The translations under genes were made by a program, and so were the position numbers. DNA of 64,000 nucleotides from Lytechinus pictus (lineage: Eukaryota), in assembly GCF_037042905.1 (NCBI RefSeq), contig NC_087251.1, forward strand, positions 40,302,001-40,366,000, in the 5' to 3' direction. How positions within the stretch are numbered: the first letter of the stretch is position 1; every line of letters starts with the position of its first letter. Below are positions 1-12,400 of this stretch, piece after piece. Below the pieces are notes generated by a model that was given only the letters and a program-made list of their open reading frames with translations, was not told the DNA's origin and made no database searches.

Positions 1-2237
1 TATTATGCGTTCATTACATATTTTTTCCTAAAATTTGTTTTTTTGAGGTGTCAGTTTTTTTTTCTCACACGGTATTTTGTATCTGGATTTGATCAATTGA
101 ATTTATTATTAAAAAAACCCACTATATATTATACGCATGAAATAAGCTATGTCGATCATTAATAAAGTTTCCAGACTGACCTTGCCGTAAGCTATGAATA
201 AGAGTGTTTATCTTAGCTAAAAATTAATCTTTACATTGAAAAAGGAAATCAAGCTGGGTCACATTATTCTTTTATAGTAAAAGATGTTGTGCTCATTTTA
301 GATAATTTTGTTAGCAATATTCCTTAATAAAATATGTGTCCACAAAAATATACAGCTCCGATACCACAATAAATACTTAGCGATATTTACAATCGCAATA
401 AACTTGCAAGCTATCCAATTCAGTATTGAATGAAATTTGAGTACTTTTGAGAGCAAGTTTCAACATTTTGTAAAGAATGACATATTTGTTACACAGTCTA
501 TTATTCAGATCGTACCGAGGAATCATATCAGAAAATTGAATCTCACCGCGAACTTTAACACGCTGAAAGGAAATGGGGCGGTGAATGATTATCATGATTA
601 TTGTTAATACCAAAAGTACAAAACGATAACATACCCTGATTATGAAAGGTGAATAATGTAGGTGGACATTGTGGAGGCAGTGAAGAGAATTTTATGATTA
701 TTAATATTTGGTAGTGACATATGTGAATCACCCGGGTGAATGATCAGTTTCAAGAGCAACTCTACTCTATTAAAGGGAAATCCAACCCAAATAAAAACTT
801 GTTTATAGAGGAAAAAGAAAAATCAGATAAGTTGATAGGTGATGGTTTGAACAATATCGGACAAACTTGCTGGTAAACGCCAAGCTGGTATATAACCAAT
901 TACCTATAGGAATGACGTCTAAGTTAATCAGTCAGGCTGACCTTATAAACCACATAAACCACAGATATTAGTATTACTCTTGGGAGACAATGGCAGAGTG
1001 GGGATTCGAACTCACAACCTTGCGGTTATGAGTCCAATGTCGGACCACACGACCCTGACATCTGCTTTCTGTTCACTCCATTCTTTATAGAGGCTTCAAA
1101 GTAGAAAATGAATGGCAATTGTGTCGTCATTATCATCATCATCATTGTTATTATAATTTTTAGTTTATCATATTTTCATCATCATTATCATCTGTACTAT
1201 TATTATGGTTATTTCATCAGTATATTAAGGATTGATTTTCATTATTATCATCGGAAAAACAAATATCATGTTGTTCATCAAATATCTTGATTTTAATTTT
1301 AAAATATTCTATCAGAATATGAAAAAAAATTGACTGATTGATTGATTAATTGATAACAAATTTATTTCATTTCAATTTTTTTTTACAAATTTACAAAGTA
1401 AAGCGAACAATAATACAACATAATGAAATGAATTGAATTGGGAACCTTCTGGCGCACAAACATAGCTTGTTAATGAAGGTTTCATTAAATAAATTAGTAT
1501 AAGAATACAGTATCGATACAAAATTCAAAATATTTACAATATACAAATCATCATATCTTCCATAAATGCCTGTAAAATATTAATAAGGCTTTTTATCATA
1601 TTCTCCCAAATAAAAGACAAACAAGGCTGCATAATATTAAGATATGACAAGAAAAGTGAAAGGGACACACCGGAAACAAAACTTTACAAGAACAGGACAT
1701 AATTCTTAGCTTTATTCTAATTCTTATAAGGCCTTAATAAATAATGCGACCGTGAAGCGCGAACACGTTTTTTTTTCTTAATTTCATGTATAAACCCGGG
1801 CGCCGTTTCATAAAGCTGTTCGTAAGAGCGACTTTAAGGACGAACGGTGAACCTTTCTTGCGCGCTAAACCATCGCCAATGAATCTACCATTTACCACAA
1901 GAAAGGATCCCCAGTCGTTCTTAAAGTAGGGTGGTATTATCTGAGCAGTATCATGAACGAGATGCGTAGGCCTATACTTGTAATGCCAGCGAGAAGCACG
2001 AGCCGAAATTCTTAATATCACAGAAAAGTATTGTTTAGTCAAGAAGATAATTTTTGGAAATGTCATATGAAAAACACCAGACACTTTGAAAATGTTCTGA
2101 AACATATATTGTGCTTTCGATGATACCGTGAACAAATAAGAGTCGAGCAAAGTTATATATCTCGCTGAATTTCATAAGGAGTCCTGAACACAATAATTAC
2201 ATTCTTCCATTCATAAATTCATTTAATTTAATTCAAT

Positions 2238-2380
2238 TTCATCCATCCATCCATCCATCCATTCATTCATTCATTCATTCATTCATTCATTCATTCATTC
2301 ATTCATTCATTCATTCATCCATTCATTCATCCATTCATCCTTTCAATTCATCCCGGCATTCATCGGGGCATTCATCCATT
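2238..2380 (+). repeat. (CATC)n/(CATT)n microsatellite
   Basis: Read directly from the sequence. Confidence 0.95.
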
Positions 2381-2659
2381 ATCTCTATGATATGACTTAC
2401 AGCAGTATCTTTGCTTATTTTTACAGTACTCATGCCACTTGTGCGTCTTTCAAAGAGTTGCGATCCGAGTTTATTCAAAAAATTTTCTAGAAACGATGTA
2501 TTCACACATTCTTTATTTCCTTTAAATAAATTTAGTGTGCTTCTTATTGTTCACAAAGTAAATTGTGCAAATTTCCTGTGGAAAAATTACCGAAAAATTA
2601 TGACATTGATCAATCCATGGAGGTAGAAAAAACGGGGCACTGGATTTCCACTTAATACT

Positions 2660-3689
2660 TGTTCGCGTGCGCATGCGCCGCGCGGGTGTTTTGCATTGCA
2701 TTTGAAGTCGAGTGTTGTCGACGGTTTACAGCGAGCCAGCAAGTGACTAGGGACAATTCCGTAAGTTGAAGAATGGATTATTAAGACAAAATCTTGAATT
2801 ATTGAAGATGAATTGATAGTATGAATTCGTATTTCGTGCTAATTGAGCCGATATAACTCCTCAAAAAAAAGAAGAAGAAGAGATAACGTCAGCCTTACTC
2901 AGTAGTAGCCGTTTGTTTAGGGACCGGCGATTCCCATCCATTGCGTTTTGTGTGTGTGTGATGGTGTGGATGGATTGAACATAGTGATACTAGAGTCTAG
3001 AGAGAAGCGATGCCGATCACTCTAGGCGACACCCCAATACTTACCCGTGCTAATAAACTGGGACTCCACTCACGCGCATTTGGGCCGCCCTAGCTTAGAA
3101 CTAAGCAATATTATCTAGAAATTGTTACATTTGTAGTCATTAAATATGTTCTATTAAATAAATTGATAATGTTTAATCGGTACTCACCGGTTCTTTTGTT
3201 GCATTTTCAGACCATTTCTCACAATTCTTCGTAAATATTTGCGGCAAATTTTGTCGCCATAGACAGCTTAGCATCCATCTTTATTGATAAATGGAGCGCC
3301 CTTTACGATAGTTGTTAATGCCGCGGAGAAATCGTTAGGCATTTTGGCCTGTGTTCAAGGCGTTCTTTCTGTTTTATTTTTTATATTGAAGATTGTGCAT
3401 TTGTTGAATAGCGCCGTCTACGTCAGGTATGAGATCGAGTGTATAAATACACTCTTCCAAAATAATTATGATTCCGACCTGGCGCTGTTTAACTTCAATC
3501 TCTTTCACCTAAATTAGCGATGAATGCTAGCATTATAAAATATATATTATTAACGTCTGACGAAAAGAATAACCAACCGATCAGCTGACGAGAACGCGAA
3601 TCACGTGATCTTCATATCAGCTTCGATCGCGAGTCAGAAGAGAAGAGCAGCTGCCCAGAAAATCAGGAAAAAGCCGTGAAAATGTAAGT
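2660..3689 (+). promoter_or_regulatory. Putative KNL1 promoter region with candidate non-coding first exons
   Basis: CpG-richer zone; NRF1-like GCGCATGCGC near 2668, CHR-like TTTGAA at 2701, E-box CACGTG near 3602; strong GTAAGT donors at 2761 and 3684; the ATG exon has its own acceptor at 6407-6408. Confidence 0.45.
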
Positions 3690-5169
3690 TCCCCTTCATT
3701 TCTTTCATTTTTTTGTTGTTGCTAACGATGCATTTACACTATAAAATTATAATTTAAATAAGAGAAAGGAATATAGCTTGTACTTGTGATATAATATATA
3801 AATATCCTGTTCTCAGAGATTTCTAACCAAAAATACTACTGATGTCGCCTATGAGGTCCATACATGTAATGTTGGACCTCATTGGTACTAGGAGTGATGC
3901 CGATGCGGGCGCGGTCGGCCCTAACGTAACGACTCTAAAGTTTGACTTTCTTTAAATATGTTTTATTCATTTTCAAAGGGTTACAAACATCAAATCAGTA
4001 TACATGTAGCAAAAGAAAAATAAGCAGCGAAAATAAATAACAATAGACTAGTAGTAGTAGTAATACTATAGAATTTAAAAGTGCCAAAGTGTCAGCCATG
4101 TCAGCCGTCTGTTTCGTCTTTCGAGGAGTTTTTTAAAATAACATTTTTATTTTTTTTTTATTTCTCGTCGTATTGTAGGGTCCTAAAGCTATGCACCACT
4201 CCATTGCGCATGCAATTCCATGGCAATGGCAAATTAAATGCGCACTCTAGCTTTTTTGTGGGTGTGTGAAGCTGTGACTGCACTGCAGACATGGCAGAGA
4301 GTGATGAACAATCCCTATTCAATTTTTCTAGAGAGGCTGCAATAAATCCTTGGATGCAGAGAAAACCAACAAATGATTGGAATTTTAGAGTTATATTCAC
4401 TTTAATGTCATATTTTCCTATACTAATACGAACATATTTTAGAAATTGAGGCACAGAAATTACTAATTCATTTGCATGATAAATCGAGTGCGTATCTTTA
4501 GTTTAGGACCCCTTCTAATTCTATATCAGACGGCAAAATCAAGAGGCATTTGGAAAACACGGCGGGATTTTCGTATTAGTGAGTTTTGTGATATTTTCTT
4601 CTTGGTTAAGGATCTTAAAAATATTCATTACAAAATAGTGAAAGATAATTTCTTCAAATATTAAAATTTGCATAGTTTTTAACTTTGTTTCGTTTGAAAA
4701 CAAAGTGCGTACATGTAGCTTTAGGTCCCCCCATCATACACAGACGGCTCGCTATCCTGCAGCCACCATTAGGGGGTTAACAATGCAAAATCCCCCTGAC
4801 GGGGCTCATCGATTTTTTCTTTATTTCATAAAAATATTTAAAAAGATAAAGATTATTATTTCGTTTAGGCCTGAAATGCACCAAAACAGGAAAAAATAAA
4901 CTTAAAAGGACAAAAAATAGTGACTTACTTCGGCTGGCGCATAATTCCACTTCCCTGGTTTTAATGTCATGTCATGTACATCCATATTGTAAACACTGCA
5001 ATACAATAGGCTTGACCCTTGAACCCGCTTCGATATGACGTACACGTACGTAGCTTCGATGAGCTGTATTGCGAAGTGCTGTTTTGAAGAAAAAATCATG
5101 GATTAAAATTTTTTTATGAAATAAAATTTAAATATTGATTGTACATAATTATTACAATAATAATTATTA

Positions 5170-5548
5170 TTAAAATTTGACAAGTTAAAAAAAAGATGGT
5201 CACTAAAAATGAAAGTCATTTTGGTCGTGTAACATTTGGCAAGCCCCCCCCCCCCAAAAAAAAAGGTTATCACTAAAAAAAATGAAGGTCATTTTGTCCC
5301 ATGTAAAATTTGGCAACCCCCCAAAAAAAAAATGAAAATAGGTCTAACTATTAATGATCAACGGTTATTTTGTCTCGCGTAAAATTTGACAAATAATAAT
5401 AAAGAAAGGTTGCAAGCCACTAAAAAAGAAGGTAATTTTGTCCTGCGTAATATTTGGCAAGCCCCCGACCCCCCCAAATAAAAAGGTTGTCACTAAAAAT
5501 GATCGAAAGTCATTTTGTCCCCCGTAAAATTTGACAAGCAAAAAAAGG
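5170..5548 (+). repeat. Degenerate ~60-bp minisatellite, about 6 copies
   Basis: AAAAAAGGT..CACTAAAAATGAAGGTCATTTTGTCC..GTAAAATTTG(G/A)CAAG repeated. Confidence 0.8.
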
Positions 5549-6412
5549 CCAAAAAGAGAAAAGAATATACATACTATGTGAGCAAAATATCCCCAAGTCC
5601 GAACAAAAAATACACATTTTCACCAAGTCCAAATGACATAGTATTTATGCAATTTTGGTGATATCTCTCTATTATTGGTTGGTTTTCTTCGATAAGTTGT
5701 TACAGCCGAAACAATTCTCTACAAATAACTTGGAATATTTTTCAATTTTGACAACAACATAGCGAAAATCCCACTGCTGTGAAAGTTATGGTGCCTTGCA
5801 TTGTGCAATTTCCAGCCAATCATTTTGGGTAAAATTGTCTTCTTTTTCTGGAAATTTTCACAGTGTAGTATGTGCCTCATGTAAACATATTCATCATCAT
5901 AATCATAATGATTATTAAATCACCATTTTAATGATCAGTTTTGTCAGGATCAAAATTTATTCCCATGATTTCTATGATAAATACGATCAAGATCATACAA
6001 AATCCATTTTATATTACATCCATCAACATTGAATGAAAAATTACGACAGACCAACTTATTCGTCCTCATCACAAATTAAAATTATTAATATCAAATTATC
6101 ATTCAAATTATTGAATTTTAGTAATTCAGTGACATTGTCACTGTATACAGAAAAGGTGGTAATAATTTTCCTGAATGTAACACTGCCATCATGACTTCAG
6201 TCATGGCAAACAGATGTTAGGAAGATCGGTCTACATGACAATTGAATTTGAAACCATGCAGTGTTTTACATTTAGCATGTACTGCCACCGAGCGAGTCTT
6301 TGGAAATATTCAAAATTTTAGCACGCCTCAAATTTCTTGTTTTAACATGTTAGTCTGATTTTGACATTTTCAATATTAATGCTTTCTTATCAATATTTTT
6401 ATTCACAGCACA

Positions 6413-6445
6413 ATGGCTAGTAGGAAAAGGAAATCTCTGTCTTCT
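6413..6445 (+). CDS. KNL1: KNL1 coding exon 1 (MASRKRKSLSS)
   Basis: ttcacag acceptor, ATG at 6413, GTAAGT donor; supplies the SS of SSILK. Confidence 0.85.
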
Positions 6446-9400
6446 GTAAGTATCTATTGCCTTCCTTTTTAACAATAAATTTGGCCAATCATTTTTCTTA
6501 GAAAGTGTTTGGAAATGGATCTACTGGGGGGTGTTTCACAAAGATATAACTACATGTATGACTTAGAGTCACACTTAAATGTCTATTTGCATCCGTTTTA
6601 TAAGTTAAAAAATAGCCATGGCCGCAATTGGTTAGATCATGCCAAGAGGATGCATACAGCTGCATATTTATCGATAAGATTTCTTGTTGCATATCATATA
6701 TGCATCGGCATTTAAGAGTGATTTGAGTCGTACTTAAATCTTTGTGAAACACCCCCCTGTATGTCTACTTAGGTCAGATATAGTTTGTATAACCATGAAC
6801 CAGCAAGGAATAGTGTTTACTTTCCACAAAGTGATCTTGAACAACATGGATCTGCTATTCTACTCTTATTAGGGTATGTAGATAGTAAAATATACTTGAG
6901 TTATGGTAAGTAATAATTTGTGTTGATATTTTTCCAACTTTTGCATGCAATAGAAAGTGATTACTCTCATTTTATTCTCTTTCCAAGTTTCCACACTTGA
7001 TATTCAGGGCTTTTGAATAATCCAAGGCCACAGCTATGAATACCCTTTTGATTGGCCATGGAGACTTGCTGTGCCCCCTTTATTTCCCCCCAATTTTACT
7101 GAATGTGCCCAATAGAAAAGTGGCCATGCCCTAAATATAGAAAGTTGAGAAATGAAAATTTCTCATTAAAGTGATTAGACGATCCAGCTCCTTTTAGATA
7201 ATCATCTACATGTCTCTCTGTTAACCCTTATGTAACTGGAGGGGGGGGGGCTCAATTTGCACAGAGTGCCAATTTTTTACTGTACCACTTGCTGACTTTT
7301 TACTTTCAAAATATTGTGCATTGTTTGAGACAAAATTGTGTGGCAATTTGTAAGTTCACGTCGGACCAGTAATTGCTAATAACTTGATTTTGTGTACAAA
7401 ATCAATTTATATTGTGTTTTTAACCAAAAATCCTAAATATATGATTATATTTACTTTTGTTTGTTTAAATGGAGATATTTCATCAGGGTGTTACATTACT
7501 TTCTAGATGCACTTGCCCTGTTGGGCAAGTAAATTTTTAAATAGTTGGAATATACTTGCCCGAAAATATATTTCACTTGCCCGAAAAAATCCTTGAAAAA
7601 AAGTTGTACTTCTTTAAAAGAAAATATTATGGTTTTAGAAACCATTGACCTTTTTTCTCTCTTTTGACATGAACTGATGTACCTTGTTCTTGCATTTCTT
7701 TTACAAAGTGATTTTATCTTGCCCGCCATGACCAAATTTAGGGTGGGTATATCATATCGACCCTAATTTTCGAATTCTACTGTGAGAATTTTGCTTGCCC
7801 AATTCGGGCAAGTAGTTTTGGTCTTTACTTCAAAACACTTGCCCGACTATAACTTTTGCTTGCTCCGGGCAATCGGGCAAGTGCTTATGTAGCACCCTGA
7901 TTTCATGCTGTTTATGATGCAAAAGAGTCCCCGACAAAGTTCAAAGGAAAAGCAATACAAATCAAAACGTTGAAAAAACAAAGATTCATACAATGAACAA
8001 AACAGCAACATACATAGGAAACTAATTATGAAGGGAGGTCAATTTCACCCCCCCCCCCAAGAAAAAAACCTGGTCTGAAATAGCCCAGTTAAATTAGGGT
8101 TAAGAGAGCAAATGGTAATCTGTGCATGTAGTTGTGAAGAACAAGCTTGTACCAGTTATGAAAGTTTTGTCATGAAATGTAGTCCTTTCATTTTTGTTTA
8201 CCCTTCTGCTTCTTTCATATAGATACTGAAGACCGTGTCACCATCAAGGACTGCATTGTCTGATTTGAACCCAAACGTGAATGAACTACCGACTGATGAA
8301 ACAGTCCATCTAGATCTGTAAGTTTATAGCAGAATACATATACAATGACTATGCTATGACCATAATATTTTCAATATTTTCTTGTAAAATGACTAAAGAG
8401 AATTTGAGACCGCCATAGGACACTAGGCAACCCACTCTCGATGGCAGTCTCCTGTATTAACAATTTTCATGATTTAATTGTTTGGTAAAAAATTCCAATT
8501 TTGTTTGTGTTTTATATTACAAATCATTTCAGCTTTGTATACATCTAAATAGCAAATAGTCGACCGATACCTGTTGGCTGTTGTGTTATGAAATGAAAAT
8601 GTTAGTTTTAATTAAGTGCTCTTGAATTGAGAAAGGGTCGAAATATTTCTTATTACCAAGGACAGAGTAATCCTCAAAATTTACCACTTTGATTGCAAAC
8701 GTAACAAGTGTAAGGGGTAAGAGGGGGGGGGGGGCTTGAGATAGGCATATATGTGAACAAAACTTACATTCAGTCACATGACTATGTTGTAATCAACGTT
8801 ATGAATTCTCATCAGGATAGAGAAAAAGAAGCGGAGGTCCTCTAGGAGAGTGAGTTTTGCAGAGACCTACCAAGTCAAGTAAGTCATCATTTTTAGTTTA
8901 AATAGAGTCATTGTGTATTCCAAGATTATATCATTATCATCATCATATCAGCCATATTCAGCCCACTACAAGTCGAAGGCCTCCTCAAGTTGGTGCCAAA
9001 GGTGCTTGCCTTGTGCTGATGCAATCCACTTTGTGCCAATGATCTTTTTTCATATTTTCTGTTTTATTGAAAAAGTTGAAGAAAATCACAATATTTACAA
9101 GAATTATTGCACAAAATCAAGGAAATGAGAAGAAAAGAAAAATAATGAAACATTGCAGGACAAAGACTAAAAAAAATCTCTCATTCAAGGGTGAATTCCA
9201 TATTGGATTTAAGCCCTTTGTGCCAATGAACTTTGTGAGCTTGTCACTCCATCTCAATTTTGTCTCCCCCGATTTTGTGATCCGAGCCATGGTTTCCATT
9301 CTGCGATGCGTTTGGTCCATCTATTGTCATGTGATCTGGCAAGGTGGCCCGCCCATTTCCATTATATAATTGTACTCAATTTAATTCTTAGCACTTGGGC

Positions 9401-12400
9401 CTGATTGGAAAATCACAGTATAAGTAATAGTAACAATGATGATAAGTTTGGAAAGCATAGTGTCATATTATATGCAGTGCATCCCAGAAAAAAACAAATT
9501 CAATGTATTTTTTTGCTATCAGTATCATGATCATAAAGATATGCTTCTCTTCTTTCATTTGAAACCCATCTCAACGTTCAATATGCATGCATGACTGAGT
9601 TAGAACATGGAAACTGTTGCTACCAAATTATCATTTTCACAAGCAAATTATGATTTGGAGTGAATTCTCTTTTGTTTTTTACCGCTATCTATTAAAGAAA
9701 ACAATGTTCATAACTTATATATCCATCTTTTCCTCTTTCATATGAGGTCTTATACGTAAAATGTGAATTAACATGGTCAAGAAAAAGTTGCGTGAAAACA
9801 TGCTCAATTTCTACCTATTTGACTGATTGTTGAAAAACACGCAAGGAAAGCCCTTTACTGTTGGCATTTTTGGAATAAGCTGGTGTCTGACTATGGGAAT
9901 TCAATGTTACTCAGTCATGTGTGCTTTGTGAACGTTTGGCACCGAATCTGTTTTGGATTGTTACACAGATGCAATGATGCAGAGTATACACAAAGTTTGA
10001 TCACAATTTGTTTTAAATGACATACTGTATTGTACTGTTACGTTCCCAGAGAATTTCTGAAAGATTCTGACAGAAAAGAATTAGGCCCATGGAATGATTC
10101 TCAAGATGATACGACACATCAGGAATTACCAGCCAATGAACAGTAAGTATATATCACTTTATACATTATATCTAAAGGCTTTTTGTTTGGCATGGTCCAA
10201 TTCCTGAAATTGGACCTTGCAAAAATATGAAAAAACATTGATTTCATAGCCCCAACTAAAATGGAAATTGTTTTCATCTTTTATTTCTTCTCTGAATTAG
10301 ATGGGGTAATTCAGTATGAACATTATGTGATTTGAACAGATAAAGTAAAATTAGACAAACATTAAAAACAGTGACAATTTTAAGTAGGGTAGCCACCCAA
10401 AGAAAATTCACACTAAGTGATAATTATAGACAAGTTATGTATGGATGGAAAGGTCTTATCTTGTTATACACAAATATGTACCTAAAAAGTCTTATAGATG
10501 TCATGGAAAAGCAAGAAATTCAATTATTAGAGACCTTTCTCAGTCCCCTGAATACAGACAATAAGCGATTGCTAAGTCTCAATGATGACGTCACACAATA
10601 CACAATGGACCTACTCCATGCGCATGCATTCCCCTTGCCGATTTGTTTTACCTTCAGATTTTTTCAATTTCTTTTCCTATGAAATTGGATATTCGATTCC
10701 CCATTTTGACATCTTCAAACACTATAGTGAACAGTTATTGCGGGCCTGTACTCTGTACATATATGCTGACAGATGCGGTGGCACTGCAAGGGAGCCAATG
10801 CTGCATTATTTGATCTCGTCCCTTTTCATCAACGGGTCCTTTGTCTTGTTCTTAGCTCTCCTTGAAGCTCCCCTATATTTCCCCATCATCATCAATGTCA
10901 TCATCACTGTCATTATGATCACTTTCTTCACTGATGTCAGCATCCATATCCAAAAACTCATTTCCTCTGCAACAGCCATCGATCATTTTTTATTGCAACC
11001 TTATGGCATTTTTTCAAAATTTACATGTGTCCATACTGTGCAGACTGTCATTATCTAAAAAAAAATAATTCAATATCTTTAACCCTTTGAACCCCAAAAA
11101 GCCAGAATACCGGCTTCACAATGAATGCGCATATACCTGACAAGCCGGAATACCGACATCAAGTCATGTGATTCAAAATGCAAGGGTTTTAGATATCAGG
11201 TGAACTGTAGAAATGACATCATTTTAGAGATATTCAGTCAATATCTTCAGTTTATGATTTTATTGACGATTGGCTTTCATTTATTAGATTTTAGCATAAA
11301 AAATGACAAAAATATACTACCCTACCAAGTAGGTTTGTGCGATAATACACAGCGAGTCGTATGTGGACTATGCATAAGCAATTGTTGAATTTTACATCCG
11401 TCAAAGCATTGATTTTGAGACAAAATTTGAGATTATTGTTAGTAAGGGAAGCTAGATAATATCAGCCGGGTCAGGCCGGGTACAAGCGTAGTAAAGTGCC
11501 GCTGACATGGCTGGGCTCTAATCATGAGAATAGGAGATCGTTTATTTCAAATGTCATGGACACCTTCATTTTGCTGATAGTTTGATATCTGCAAATGATT
11601 CAGGATGAGGGTCATGATTAATTCAGGGTTCAAAGGGATAAAATCTGACATCACCATCATAAAAGCAATCTTAGAACACATACATTTCTTTAAGGTGAGA
11701 CCAGTGAGATCTATGAACATCAAAGTATAGACATCATACATGTAACTTCAATCAAAATTTTGACAAACTTTACAAAACTTTCCCTTTTTATATGCATTGT
11801 ATTGCCCACCTTTATTATATAAAATACTTGTTTTTTCGGGTGTCTACTAGTAGACTCTACTTAATTAAAATGGGACAAGGAATAGCAAAGTTATGACACT
11901 TTTGATGACACAGTTTTGTGCATGTCCTCATGAATATGCAATGACAAGCTGATGAAGTGATCATATCCAGGGTTGGCGATTTTTTTTTATTAAAAAAAAA
12001 AATCGGATTTGATTTAGATCAGATTTTTAAAATTTGAATCGGATTTTTTTATATTTTTTAAACAATATTTTCTAAAACAAAGTGGAATCACCAAAAATAT
12101 AACCTTACACTGAAATCATTTTGAAAATCATACATTTCACAACTAAAATTATTATTAACTTTTATTGTATTTCATAATTAAATCCAGTCAAAATAGAATT
12201 TATATAGAATATGTAAGTCATGACGAAGATGCTGTTTCTGCATCCTCTCGTGTAGGGTATTTAGCTCCTACTGGCTGGTTTGGTCCAAGTTGAGGAACTG
12301 CCTTGGTACAGCAAAGTTAGTGTTCCTATTCAAATGAGGATCAGTTTCTTTGGAAGAATTCCATGACTCAGAGACTCACATTCTCGAAAGAGAAACATTC

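Noticed and set aside
1734..2150. 138-aa minus-strand ORF
   Set aside because: It has a non-ATG start, runs through a MITE-like fragment near 1798-1925, and has no recognisable homology.
10371..11058. Plus-strand ORFs of 103 and 158 aa as extra KNL1 exons or a nested gene
   Set aside because: KNL1 exons 4 and 5 already join in phase, and the hydrophobic run is the antisense reading of a GAT-rich tract.
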